Counted from the stretch's first letter, positions 15,005 to 24,310 are shown. The stretch: 32,000 nt of DNA from Thermodesulfobacterium commune DSM 2178 (GCF_000734015.1 NZ_CP008796.1:1530001-1562000), one strand, 5' to 3'. The notes: a model not told the origin generated them from the letters alone. Numbers and translations: made by a program.

Positions 15005-15804
15005 TAGGGGTATTTGACTCAGGTTTGGGTGGACTTACGGTAGTCAAAGAGCTTTTACTTAAGGTAAAAGGTTACAAGATTGTTTATTTTGGAGACACAG
15101 CAAGAACTCCTTATGGGACTAAAAGCCCTGAAACAGTTACCAGATATGCCGTTGAAAACACGAGGTTTTTACTAAAGCTTGGAGCTAAGATAATAGTAGT
15201 TGCCTGCCATACCGCTTCAAGCACCGCTATGCCGGTATTAAAGCAGACTTTTCCAGAGATTCCTTTTTTTGAGGTAGTTACCCCTTCTATGGAAAAGGCC
15301 CTAAGGCTTACCAAAAGTAAAAAAATAGGACTTATTGGCACCAGGACAACCGTAGAAAGCAGGGTATATGACAGGCTTTTTGCAGAAAAAGACCCGGAGA
15401 TAAAGCTTTATTCAAACCCAGCTCCCTTACTAGTGCCACTTATAGAAGAAGGGTGGCTTAAAAAACCTGAAACCAGAAGGATAGTAAAAAAATACCTGAT
15501 CCCTCTTAAAATGAGAGGCATAGATACTTTAATCTTGGGGTGTACCCATTATCCTATCATTAAAAAACTTATCCAGGAAAAGGCAGGGAAAAGAATAAAA
15601 CTGGTAGATCCATCAGAGGAGGTAGCTTCTAACGTAGCTAATTTTATAGAGGAACATCCAGAGGTTAAGACAACCTTAGAGACAAACGGGTTAGAAATTT
15701 TTGTTTCCGATTTAACCGCCTATTTTGGAAAGATTGCCGAGATGTTTTTAGGAAGAAAGGTAGAGTTGAAAAAAGTTTCTATAGAAGAGATGGTCAACTT
15801 TTAA
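15001..15804 (+). CDS. murI: Glutamate racemase
   Basis: IGVFDSGLGGLTV, YFGDTARTPYG, VVACHTAS and LGCTHYP are canonical MurI motifs. Confidence 0.93.
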   Translation: MIGVFDSGLGGLTVVKELLLKVKGYKIVYFGDTARTPYGTKSPETVTRYAVENTRFLLKLGAKIIVVACHTASSTAMPVLKQTFPEIPFFEVVTPSMEKALRLTKSKKIGLIGTRTTVESRVYDRLFAEKDPEIKLYSNPAPLLVPLIEEGWLKKPETRRIVKKYLIPLKMRGIDTLILGCTHYPIIKKLIQEKAGKRIKLVDPSEEVASNVANFIEEHPEVKTTLETNGLEIFVSDLTAYFGKIAEMFLGRKVELKKVSIEEMVNF

Positions 15805-15834
15805 AAAAAGGAGTCAACTATCAGGAAATAGGAT

Positions 15835-17043
15835 TTAAGCATGAGAACCCTCGCAAATAGAAATAAAATTTTTAGAGTTAAAACTCAAGACAGGATTAAA
15901 ATAACTTCCTTTCTTGCAAAGTCCATAGATCACCCTTATGAGCTTATTCATCACCGCTACCATTGCTTTCTTATAGCTCTTAAACTCCTTCTTCTTGCGC
16001 AAAAAATACTCCCTGAAATAAGAATTCCAGGTTACTACTCCTACTGCCATCTGAAAAAGAATGTTTCTGAGCCAGGGACTTCCTTGTTTAGAAATACTCA
16101 TGTTTATCCTAAATTTTTCCGACTGTTTTATTACTGGGTCAGTGCCAGCATATTTTATAAGTTTTTTGGCATTGGAAAATCTGTTCACATCCTTAACTTC
16201 AGCGATAAAATGAACTGCAAGTTTTGGAGAAATTCCCCTGATAGAGGAAATGAGCTTTATTTGTTGGTTTTGGTCGTGATCTATTTCTTCAAGGAGCATA
16301 TTTTCAAGTTTTTGGATTCTTGGTTCGAGGAAGAGTATTTTTTCAATATAGAAGATGAGGGTTTGGGAAAGATAGGGGTTGTGGATGCCGATAGATTTTT
16401 TAGCAAGGTTTATGATCTCTTGAGGGGAGAAGGAGGGTTTTCTTGCTTTGAAGGTAGAATTGATGATAGAGGCGATATCATCTGTAGAAGCCTTTTTGAG
16501 GTAGGAAGCACCGGGGTATTTTAGGAGTATGTTGAGAAAGGAAAAGGAGAAGATGTTTAAGTGTTTTTCAACTTCGGGGAAGAGAACAGAGAGGGCGTAT
16601 TTGATTTGTGTTTTGGCAAAAGATCATTCTTTTTTGAGTTTTTGGATAAGGCGGGAGAGGTTTCTCAGGTGATGGTCAGGTGGGAGAGGGTTAAGGAATT
16701 GAGGGTTAGCTTGAGCAAAAAGAGCAAGGAGTTTAGCGTCTTTGGTATCAGACTTAGAGGGGTTGTTTGCGGAGAGGAACTGGAAGAACCTGTGAAGGAT
16801 TTTTGGGTTGATAACAAAAGCTTGAATATCATTAGCAAGGAGAAAGTGATAAAGTGGGAGGAAGAATCTTCCAGTAGATTCCATGACTACGATAGGTTTA
16901 GGGTATTGTTTAAGGATGGAGAGAAGCTGAGAGAAACCTTCTTGAGACATAGGGAGGTGTTTGGAGAGGATAAAGGATTGTTGATGGAGGACAGCGATAT
17001 TAAAAGTGTCTTTAGAGACATCAATACCGACGAAGTAATTCAT
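15835..17043 (-). pseudogene. IS110-family DEDD transposase/recombinase interrupted by a single in-frame TGA (16626-16624)
   Basis: Track ORFs 16624..17043 (MNYFVGIDVSKDTF ... VVMESTG, the N-terminal DEDD/RuvC-like domain) and 15835..16299 (SIRGISPKLAVHFIAEVKDVNRFSNAKKLIKYAGTDP, the C-terminal domain) are in the same frame. I translated the 108 codons between them and found no other stop (SFAKTQIKYALSVLFPEVEKHL...). The total is 402 codons. An AGGAGGTG RBS is present. Confidence 0.85.
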
Positions 17044-17270
17044 GGGAGCACCTCCTTGTGTGGTGTTGTTGGTATAGTAAAAGTCCCTCGCTCCATCCTC
17101 CCATGTGGCAGAGGCTTAGGAAGCCTAACCAACTTATTGGGGGAGTTGAGGGACAGGGGGACAGACTCCTCTCGAGGCTTTTAAGCCTAAGAGTTATGGA
17201 GTCCTTGTCCCTCTTTATTTTGTTGTTGTCCATATTATTACTATACAACGCAACATATATTAAGCAAAAA
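17044..17270 (-). ncRNA. Candidate IS110-type bridge RNA / structured 5' non-coding end of the IS
   Basis: This stretch is locally GC-rich in an AT-rich genome and non-coding. There is a hairpin AGGCTT-AGG-AAGCCT (17112-17126). A long imperfect hairpin spans 17150-17211, with GGGACA/TGTCCC, GACTCC/GGAGTC and inner AGGCT/AGCCT pairings. It lies immediately upstream of the recombinase start, where IS110-subgroup bridge RNAs lie. Confidence 0.4.
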
Positions 17271-17297
17271 CTAACATAAAAATTGCAGGAGAGAAAG

Positions 17298-18491
17298 ATG
17301 AGTTATCTTGCAGACCTTGGAGAAATTTATCTTGCTCCTAACTATGAAAGAGAACCTATCATTTTTGTTAGAGGTGAAGGTACAAGACTTTTTACAGATA
17401 AAGGAGAAGAATATTTAGACTTTACTGCCGGGATTGCTGTTTGTAATTTAGGACATGCCCACCCTCAACTTGTTCAGGTTTTAAAAGAACAAGCCGAATG
17501 TTTATGGCATACTTCAAACCTTTATTACACCGAACCTCAGGTAAGGCTTGCCAAAAAGTTGGTAGAACTATCCTTTGGAGATAAGGTTTTTTTTGCAAAT
17601 AGTGGTACTGAGGCAGTTGAAGCAGCCTTAAAACTCGCCAGACGCTGGGCCTATCAAAATTTTGGGGGCTCTAAATATAAGTTTATTTCCTTAAAAAATT
17701 CTTTTCATGGAAGAACCTTAGGTTCTCTTTCGGTAACAGGCCAGCCTAAATATTGGGAAGGCTTTGAACCTTTAGTCCCAGGGGTGGTTTTTGTTGAGCC
17801 TAACGATTTGCAGGAACTAAAAGAGACTTTTGATGAAACCGTCTGTGCGATAATCATGGAACCTATCCAGGGAGAAGGTGGAGTTTATCCGTTAACCCAA
17901 GAGTTTATTGCCCAGGCTAAAGAGCTTTGCCAAAAATATTCGGCTTTATTGATCTTTGATGAAATCCAGACTGGGTTAGGAAGGACAGGAAGGTTGTTTG
18001 CTTATGAACATTATGGGATAGAGCCTGATGTGATGTGTCTTGCCAAGGCCTTAGCCAACGGACTTCCTCTCTCAGCCATGATTGCTAAAAAAGAAGTGAT
18101 TGATTTTTTAACCCCTGGTAGCCATGCCTCTACCTTTGGAGGAAATCCTATAGCCTGTGCTGTAGGCTGTAAAGTGGTTGAGATGATCTCAGACCCAACC
18201 TTTCTTGAAGAGGTAGAACTTAAAGGTAAAGTTATCATGGAAAAATTAAGAGCTTATCAGGAAGAATATCCAGGTCTTATCAAACAGGTAAGAGGAAAAG
18301 GTCTGTTGATAGGTATTGAGTTTGCTATCGAAGTAAAACCTATCTATCAAGAACTTTTAAAAAGAAGGATTTTAACCACTACCCCAAAACCTAATGTATT
18401 AAGACTTTCCCCCCCTCTTATCATCAATTACCGAGAGATAGACTACTTTATGATCCAGCTTGAAGAAATCTTAAAAGATATTAAAACCTAA
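17298..18491 (+). CDS. argD: Acetylornithine aminotransferase (class III PLP aminotransferase)
   Basis: LAPNYEREPIIFVRGEGTRLFTDKGEEYLDFTAGIAVCNLGHAHP, SGTEAVEAALKLAR, DEIQTGLGRTG and the LAKALANG lysine region match the family. ATG 17298 with a GGAGAG RBS is preferred over the track TTG 17283. Confidence 0.85.
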   Translation: MSYLADLGEIYLAPNYEREPIIFVRGEGTRLFTDKGEEYLDFTAGIAVCNLGHAHPQLVQVLKEQAECLWHTSNLYYTEPQVRLAKKLVELSFGDKVFFANSGTEAVEAALKLARRWAYQNFGGSKYKFISLKNSFHGRTLGSLSVTGQPKYWEGFEPLVPGVVFVEPNDLQELKETFDETVCAIIMEPIQGEGGVYPLTQEFIAQAKELCQKYSALLIFDEIQTGLGRTGRLFAYEHYGIEPDVMCLAKALANGLPLSAMIAKKEVIDFLTPGSHASTFGGNPIACAVGCKVVEMISDPTFLEEVELKGKVIMEKLRAYQEEYPGLIKQVRGKGLLIGIEFAIEVKPIYQELLKRRILTTTPKPNVLRLSPPLIINYREIDYFMIQLEEILKDIKT

Positions 18492-18498
18492 GTTTAGG

Positions 18499-19770
18499 GT
18501 GAAAGCACTTAAAATCGTCTTTTTAGACTTACCTCAAAATAAATACAGCCTAACCGCTCTTTTAGGAAGCTTAGAAACCAAAGAAGAGATACTGTCTGAG
18601 GTTGAAATCTCTTTTGCGAAGACTAAAGAAGAGTTATTTTCAGAGATTTCAGAAGGTCTCAAAACCTATCCTTTACAATTAGCCTGTTTTTCTTTTTTTA
18701 CCACACAGGTTTGGGAAATAATCCCTATTCTTACAGAGGTTAAAAATCTTTATAAAGATAGGGTTTTGGTTTGTGCCGGAGGTGCTCATCCTACCGGAGA
18801 TTTTAAAAGGGTGCTTAAAGCAGGTGCAGATTGTGTGGTTTTAGGAGAGGGAGAACAAACCTTTATTGACCTCTTGGAATGTATACTCAATAGAAAGTCT
18901 TTTGAAGCAGTAGAAGGCATAGCTTTTAAAGATATAAACGGAAAAATCAAGTTAAACCCTCGAAAAGTGTATGTAGACCTTGACCAGTTTTTACCTTTTA
19001 GCCCACGGTTTAAGCGTTTTGGTCCCTTAGAAATTACCAGAGGGTGTCCTTTTGCCTGTAACTTTTGCCAAACCTCAAGGATTTTTGGAGTTAAAGTAAG
19101 ACATAGGTCTATAGAAAAGGTTTTATCTATAGTTGAAATGCTTTTTAAAAGAGGACTTACTGATATAAGGTTTATCACCCCAAATGCATTTTCCTACGGT
19201 TCAGAAGACGGAAAAACCATCAACTTAGAACGCCTTGAGGAGTTATTAAAAGGAATAAAGGGCTTGCTTAAAAATAGAGGCAGGATCTTTTTCGGAAGTT
19301 TTCCTTCTGAAGTAAGACCCGAACATGTAACCCCAGAGACCATCTCTTTGGTAAAAACTTACGCATCAAACGATAATTTAGTCATAGGAGCTCAGTCAGG
19401 TAGTGAAAGGATTTTACAACTTTGTAAAAGGAGCCATACCGTAGAAGATGTCTACCGAGCAGTCAAATTAACCGTAAAAGCAGGATTAACTCCAAAAGTA
19501 GATTTTATCTTTGGATTGCCCTATGAAACAGAAGAGGATGTTAGACAAACCATAAAGGTTATAGAGGACTTAGTAAAGATGGGAGCGGTGGTGCATGCCC
19601 ATACCTTTATGCCTCTTCCTCAAACCCCTTTCTTACGTAAGCCTCCCGGTAAGCTTTCAGAAGATCTGATCAAACTGATAAAATCCCTTACAGGTAAAGG
19701 CCTCTTATTCGGTGACTGGGAGGCTCAACAGAAACTTTCTCAGAAGATTTACGAGTATTTTAACTCTTAA
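18499..19770 (+). CDS. B12-binding-domain radical SAM protein
   Basis: The GTG-start ORF is 423 aa. The N-terminal flavodoxin-like region contains GGAHPTG. The radical SAM cluster motif is RGCPFACNFCQ. Confidence 0.8.
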   Translation: MKALKIVFLDLPQNKYSLTALLGSLETKEEILSEVEISFAKTKEELFSEISEGLKTYPLQLACFSFFTTQVWEIIPILTEVKNLYKDRVLVCAGGAHPTGDFKRVLKAGADCVVLGEGEQTFIDLLECILNRKSFEAVEGIAFKDINGKIKLNPRKVYVDLDQFLPFSPRFKRFGPLEITRGCPFACNFCQTSRIFGVKVRHRSIEKVLSIVEMLFKRGLTDIRFITPNAFSYGSEDGKTINLERLEELLKGIKGLLKNRGRIFFGSFPSEVRPEHVTPETISLVKTYASNDNLVIGAQSGSERILQLCKRSHTVEDVYRAVKLTVKAGLTPKVDFIFGLPYETEEDVRQTIKVIEDLVKMGAVVHAHTFMPLPQTPFLRKPPGKLSEDLIKLIKSLTGKGLLFGDWEAQQKLSQKIYEYFNS

Positions 19771-19794
19771 GCCTAATTCAAAAAGTGAAAAAAA

Positions 19795-19827
19795 ATCCCT
19801 CCTTAGGTTTGGGACCTAAGGAGGGAT
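19795..19827 (-). terminator. Strong hairpin between convergent genes, functional as a rho-independent terminator for the minus-strand OMP gene
   Basis: A 14-bp perfect stem ATCCCTCCTTAGGT (19795-19808) / ACCTAAGGAGGGAT (19814-19827) with loop TTGGG. An A-run at 19787-19795 gives a U-tract on the minus strand. No T-run follows on the plus strand. Confidence 0.75.
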
Positions 19828-19838
19828 AAAAGCTCTGG

Positions 19839-21227
19839 TTAAAACTGGTAGAGAAGTTGAACTCTAAAGAAGTTTGCGGTAAGAGAATGGTCGTAGTAAA
19901 AATCTCCAGGGTTTAAAACCTCATACTGTAAGAAGCCAGAGAGGTTTTTGTTAAACTTATGGCTTAAAAGTAAGGCTAAAAGATCCCCCCTGTTTTTACC
20001 GTTTCCAAACATATCCTTAGGAGTAGAGGTAGCCTTTTCGTCTGCTAAAAGTTTTTGATAGCTTATTTTAAACTCAGTGTTTGTAAAGGGCTGTAATTTT
20101 ACGGTAATCATCGGAGCCTTTAGGTTAGTCCAGTATCCTGGAATGGGCCCACCTTTAGAGGAGGTTTCATAGATGTAGGTATAAAAGAGAAGTTCGTTCC
20201 AAAGAGGGGCACGGGAAAAAAGTGGGTTAAATCCTTCGTTTTTCTTGGTCTTAGGGTCATCTCCTGAAAGATAGACATAACCTATTTCTACTTCAGGCTT
20301 TACAGGACATTTTTCAAACTTTCTAGTTAAAAAGACATATCCTCCAAGGCCAGACCTGTCGGTATCGTTGTGGTATTCTCCCCATTGTTTGGCAATCTCA
20401 CCTCTTAACGTATAGCTGCCGATTTTGTAAACCGCCCTAAATCCTACAGTATGGATATAACTTGATGTGCTTATTACCTGAGATTTTTCCTCTTTTTTGT
20501 AGATGTAATAGGGCTCTACTTTTAAAGCCTCAGAAAGAGTATGCCTTCCATAAACCCAAAAACCTCTTTCGTTAGACGCTGTAAGCCTTTTTTTATGTTC
20601 TATATAATTTATATTTTTTCCGTCATCATAAGAAGGATGGATTACCGGAAGATAGACATCCCTTTGAGGGTTTGAGACAAAAACCAAGTCTACCGTGTGT
20701 TTGGGGCTAAAAAGTAAGGTAGCTTTCAAAGCATTAAAGTAAAAGGACCTTGAGCCATCGTTAGGGGTTCCTTCTGAAATCAAAAAGCCTTCTCCGTACA
20801 TATCTTTTCCAAGAAAATCTTGTCTCCCAATCCTAAAGTTAACAGGTAAGCCGAAAGGTTTTTTAAGGTCTATATACAGATTGTCTACAAAGATTTCATC
20901 CTGGTCAAAATGCCTTCTTTCTTGATTATCCTTTAGGATCAGATAATTTGGTCCCATGTGATACTTAGGTTCTGTAGCTAATCTTACATAAAGGGAGGTA
21001 GAGTTGTTAAAGGTAATTTTATCCCAAGCCTGTATTCTGAGTCTAAAAAAATTACGGTCTTTATTGGTATTCTTTGTGAGATTTTGATATCCCATAGACA
21101 CTATGTTGTCCCATAACTCATAACGCAGCCTTACAGAGCCTCCAAATTCGTGGTCCAAACCCAACCCAAATCCTGGGGTTAGCAGCAAAAACCAAAGAAA
21201 TAAAAAGCTAAACAGAGCCTTTCTCAT
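19839..21227 (-). CDS. Outer-membrane beta-barrel protein, alginate-export (AlgE-like) family
   Basis: The signal peptide is MRKALFSFLFLWFLLLTPGFG. GGSVRLRYELWDN is the typical start of the family. The protein is beta-rich throughout and ends LLYQF. A GGAGGAGG RBS is present. Confidence 0.7.
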   Translation of the reverse strand: MRKALFSFLFLWFLLLTPGFGLGLDHEFGGSVRLRYELWDNIVSMGYQNLTKNTNKDRNFFRLRIQAWDKITFNNSTSLYVRLATEPKYHMGPNYLILKDNQERRHFDQDEIFVDNLYIDLKKPFGLPVNFRIGRQDFLGKDMYGEGFLISEGTPNDGSRSFYFNALKATLLFSPKHTVDLVFVSNPQRDVYLPVIHPSYDDGKNINYIEHKKRLTASNERGFWVYGRHTLSEALKVEPYYIYKKEEKSQVISTSSYIHTVGFRAVYKIGSYTLRGEIAKQWGEYHNDTDRSGLGGYVFLTRKFEKCPVKPEVEIGYVYLSGDDPKTKKNEGFNPLFSRAPLWNELLFYTYIYETSSKGGPIPGYWTNLKAPMITVKLQPFTNTEFKISYQKLLADEKATSTPKDMFGNGKNRGDLLALLLSHKFNKNLSGFLQYEVLNPGDFYYDHSLTANFFRVQLLYQF

Positions 21228-21327
21228 AACCTCCTCCGTTTTTAAATTAATTAAATGAAGACAATTTGTTAACGTTATTTGTCCAGATTAGTTAACCATA
21301 AAGATTTTTAAAATGTTTGTGAAAAAA

Positions 21328-22560
21328 TTAGCAAAGACAGATTTCTACTTCTTCGTCTTTTTCTACTCCAAGGAGGTCATCAGGGATGATTAGCAATCCA
21401 TCAGCTTTAACCAACGACATAATAAGCCCTGATTTAGAAAGAAGAGGGACGGCGTAAAGTTCTCCGTTTTTTTCCTCAAGATAAACCCGGATAAAGTCAG
21501 TTCTACCTGCTTGAGATTGGATACTTTTAGCCATTTTAGCTTTGACAAAAGGGGTATAGTTTTTAGAGGATAATCCCATCAATCTTTGCATAACAGGTCT
21601 AACAAAAAGAAAAAAGCAGATGTATACGGCTACAGGATGTCCTGGCAATCCAAATACAGGTTTATGGTTGCATATCCCGGCGATAACAGGTTTGCCTGGT
21701 TTTATAGAGACCCCATGAAAAAGAACCCCTGGAGGACCAAGTTCTTCTATTATTTTAGCGGTTACGTCTTTGGTCCCTGCACTGGTCCCACCGGTAATAA
21801 GCACTATGTCTGTTTGACGGTGGGCTTCGGTAACCACCTCTTTTATGGCTTGATAGTCATCTTGAACTATACCAAACTTAACAGGTATACCACCTTCTTC
21901 TATAATCATTCCTGCTAAGGTAAAGGAGTTTATGTCTCTAACTTTCCCCGGAGACACCTTTTCATGATGAGGGATGATCTCGTCTCCGGTAAGAATAATT
22001 CCTACTTTAGGTTTTGAGACCACCTTTATTTTAGTAAAGCCTAACCCTGCAAGACCTCCTATATGATGAGGTTTAAGTTTGGTTCCTGCAGGGATAACAA
22101 GCTCTCCTTTTTTAATATCTTCATCTTCCAAGATAACGTTTTCTAAAGGACCTACTGGTTTTAAAACCTCTATCAGGTCTGAGGATACTACGTTTACATG
22201 TTCTACCATCACAACCGCATCTGCTCCCTTAGGAAGCATCCCACCGGTAGGTATATAAGCTGCCTCTCCTGGGTTTAACTCAAAAGAGGGGGCTTCTCCC
22301 ATCAACACCTCGCCTTTTACCATGAGGTAGGCAGGCATGGTATCCTTAGCCCCAAAGGTGTCTTGAGCTCTTACGGCAAAACCATCTACCGTAGAACGTC
22401 TAAACCCAGGGAGGTCTTCAGGAGAAAAAATGTCTTCTGCAGAGACCCTAAAATAGGCTTCTTCTATAGGGATTTCCTCGATAGAGAGATTTTTAAACGG
22501 GACTTTGTCTAAAAGAAGGTTTAAGGCCTCTTTAAGGGATAGGTATTGTTTATCCAGCAT
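21328..22560 (-). CDS. moeA: Molybdopterin molybdenumtransferase
   Basis: SLKEALNLLL, PGFRRSTVDGFAVRAQD, ITGGTSAGTKD and GLPGHPVA follow the MoeA domain order. Confidence 0.9.
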   Translation of the reverse strand: MLDKQYLSLKEALNLLLDKVPFKNLSIEEIPIEEAYFRVSAEDIFSPEDLPGFRRSTVDGFAVRAQDTFGAKDTMPAYLMVKGEVLMGEAPSFELNPGEAAYIPTGGMLPKGADAVVMVEHVNVVSSDLIEVLKPVGPLENVILEDEDIKKGELVIPAGTKLKPHHIGGLAGLGFTKIKVVSKPKVGIILTGDEIIPHHEKVSPGKVRDINSFTLAGMIIEEGGIPVKFGIVQDDYQAIKEVVTEAHRQTDIVLITGGTSAGTKDVTAKIIEELGPPGVLFHGVSIKPGKPVIAGICNHKPVFGLPGHPVAVYICFFLFVRPVMQRLMGLSSKNYTPFVKAKMAKSIQSQAGRTDFIRVYLEEKNGELYAVPLLSKSGLIMSLVKADGLLIIPDDLLGVEKDEEVEICLC

Positions 22561-22632
22561 AAAAAAATTATAATAGACTTTTAAAAAATTACTACCAAGC
22601 TTTTTGGTTTTAGATAGGTTTGAAAAGAACTT

Positions 22633-22947
22633 TTATTTTACGATTTCTCCTTCTTTTAAATTATTTTCGATAACTCTTTTTAAGACTTCCTTTGCAGGGC
22701 CTATGACCCTATCTATTACTCTTATCTTTTTCCATAAAAGATACTGATAATAAGTTTCTTCTATCCCCCCGCAAACTACAAGGTCAACGTTTTCTGCTAA
22801 AATAAAACTGCAAAGTTCTTCAGGAGAAGAACGTGGCAGAATAACTGTCCTTACTTTTTCCCCTTTGTTTTCTGCGATAAGTACTTCTCTGGTAAGGTCA
22901 AACCTTGGGGCTACATGGTCTTTTTCTAGAGTAATCAATATTTTCAT
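22633..22947 (-). CDS. Small NifB/NifX-like (dinitrogenase FeMo-cofactor-binding fold) protein
   Basis: 104 aa. MKILITLEKDHVAPRFD ... VDLVVCGGIEETYYQYLLWKKIRV resembles the PF02579-type pattern (MKIA ... HFG ... vicggiG ... L ... GI). The HFG motif is replaced. The start lies 1 nt after the activator stop. Confidence 0.45.
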   Translation of the reverse strand: MKILITLEKDHVAPRFDLTREVLIAENKGEKVRTVILPRSSPEELCSFILAENVDLVVCGGIEETYYQYLLWKKIRVIDRVIGPAKEVLKRVIENNLKEGEIVK

Positions 22948-22948
22948 T

Positions 22949-24310
22949 TTAGGCTAACCCGTATTTTTTTAACTTTCTCCAAAGGGTACTTCTTGCCCAA
23001 CCAAGCATTTTAGCTGCTTCAGTCTTCTTACCCCTACAACTTGTCAACGCATCAATAATTCTTTTTTTTTCGATCTCAGCCCAGGTAAAACTTTCAATTT
23101 TTTGAGTTCTTATAGCAGACCAATCTTTAGCTAAAGTTTGTTGTTGGTCTTCTTCCTCTTCTTTTATGGCAGTAAATAAATATTCTGGGAGATGTTTTTC
23201 TGTAATCAATTCATCTGAACAAACATGAACAGCATATTCCACTATGTTTTTTAGCTCTCTTATGTTTCCAGGGTATTTATAAGACCTTAGCACCTTTAAA
23301 ACTTGTTCCGAAAAGCCTTTGATTTTTTTATGAGCTTTTTCAGAAAATTCTTTGAGAAAATAGTCAGCTAAAATCAATATGTCATCTCCCCTTTCTCTAA
23401 GAGGGGGAAGTTGTACTTTTAACACATTCAGTCTATAAAACAAATCTTCTCTAAATTTTCCCTCTTTAACCATCTGTCTTAAATTTTTATTGGTTGCCAC
23501 AATCACCCTTACGTCTACTTTTACTTTTTGGGAACTACCTAACGGATAAAACTCTTTATCGTCTAAAAAAGTTAGTAGTTTTACCTGAAGGGTAAAGGGT
23601 AGGTCTCCTATTTCTGTAAGGAAAAGAGTCCCTCCATTGGCTAATTTTATCATTCCTGGTTTGTCAGCATTAGCTCCGGTAAAGGCACCTTTTACGTGGC
23701 CAAAAAGTTCTGACTCTAACAGAGGCTCCGGAAGAGCCCCACAATTTACTTTGATGAAAGGATGGTTTGCCCTCGGAGAAAGTTTATGTATTACCTCTGC
23801 TAACAAATCTTTTCCTGTGCCTGTTTCTCCCTCTATCAAGAGAGTGGCGTTAGAGTTCGCAAAAATAGGTAACATTTCTTTTATTTTTAAAATAGCCGGG
23901 CTGTTGCCTAAAATGAAATCCATTCCAAATTGAGGCAAGAAAAGAGATTTGTCCTTTAAAAGTGAAAGATCTTCAAGCACCAACATGAACCATCTATTTT
24001 TTCCTTGAGAAAGGCTCGTTACAGTAATCTTTACCGGTATTTTGCGTCGGTGAACGTTTATTATGTCTCCTTCTATCGAAAATTTTTCTTCTTTTCTTAA
24101 CCTAGCTATTAATTCTTTAAAAACGTTGGTTTTTATTATTTGATTTATATCTAACCCTTTAACTTCCTCAGACTTGTATCCGGTTAAAGCTTCTAAAAAT
24201 GAATTTATAAATACCACCCGAAAGTTTTCGTCTAAAAAAGCAGTTCCATAAGGGATTGCTTCTAAAATATCTTTAATTTTTATAAAAGATTCATTATACT
24301 TGGCCTTCAT
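22949..24310 (-). CDS. Sigma-54-dependent transcriptional activator: PAS sensor + AAA+ + Fis-type HTH, no receiver domain
   Basis: The PAS-like N-terminus is ILEAIPYGTAFLDENFRVVFINSFLEALTGY. Walker A is GETGTGKD. ESELFGHVKGAFTGA is the GAFTGA sigma-54 contact motif. The C-terminus AAKMLGWARSTLWRKLKKYGL is the HTH. Confidence 0.9.
   Translation of the reverse strand: MKAKYNESFIKIKDILEAIPYGTAFLDENFRVVFINSFLEALTGYKSEEVKGLDINQIIKTNVFKELIARLRKEEKFSIEGDIINVHRRKIPVKITVTSLSQGKNRWFMLVLEDLSLLKDKSLFLPQFGMDFILGNSPAILKIKEMLPIFANSNATLLIEGETGTGKDLLAEVIHKLSPRANHPFIKVNCGALPEPLLESELFGHVKGAFTGANADKPGMIKLANGGTLFLTEIGDLPFTLQVKLLTFLDDKEFYPLGSSQKVKVDVRVIVATNKNLRQMVKEGKFREDLFYRLNVLKVQLPPLRERGDDILILADYFLKEFSEKAHKKIKGFSEQVLKVLRSYKYPGNIRELKNIVEYAVHVCSDELITEKHLPEYLFTAIKEEEEDQQQTLAKDWSAIRTQKIESFTWAEIEKKRIIDALTSCRGKKTEAAKMLGWARSTLWRKLKKYGLA

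Larger units (their letters stand above)
15806..17275 (-). mobile_element. IS110-family insertion sequence (boundaries approximate) between murI and argD
   Basis: It contains an IS110-type transposase reading frame. There is a long (about 230 bp) structured non-coding 5' end and an almost absent 3' non-coding end. The family lacks classical terminal inverted repeats, so the ends cannot be fixed from this copy alone. Confidence 0.7.

Noticed and set aside
16624-16626. TGA in the IS110 transposase as a selenocysteine codon
   Set aside because: I could see no SECIS-like hairpin immediately downstream. A transposase has no redox role for Sec at this position. A nonsense mutation or leaky stop is far more parsimonious.
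15841-17279. ORFs 15841..16524(+), 16561..17184(+), 17021..17248(-) and 17058..17279(+)
   Set aside because: The first two are antisense to the IS110 transposase frame. The last two lie in the structured non-coding end. None has recognisable motifs or an RBS.
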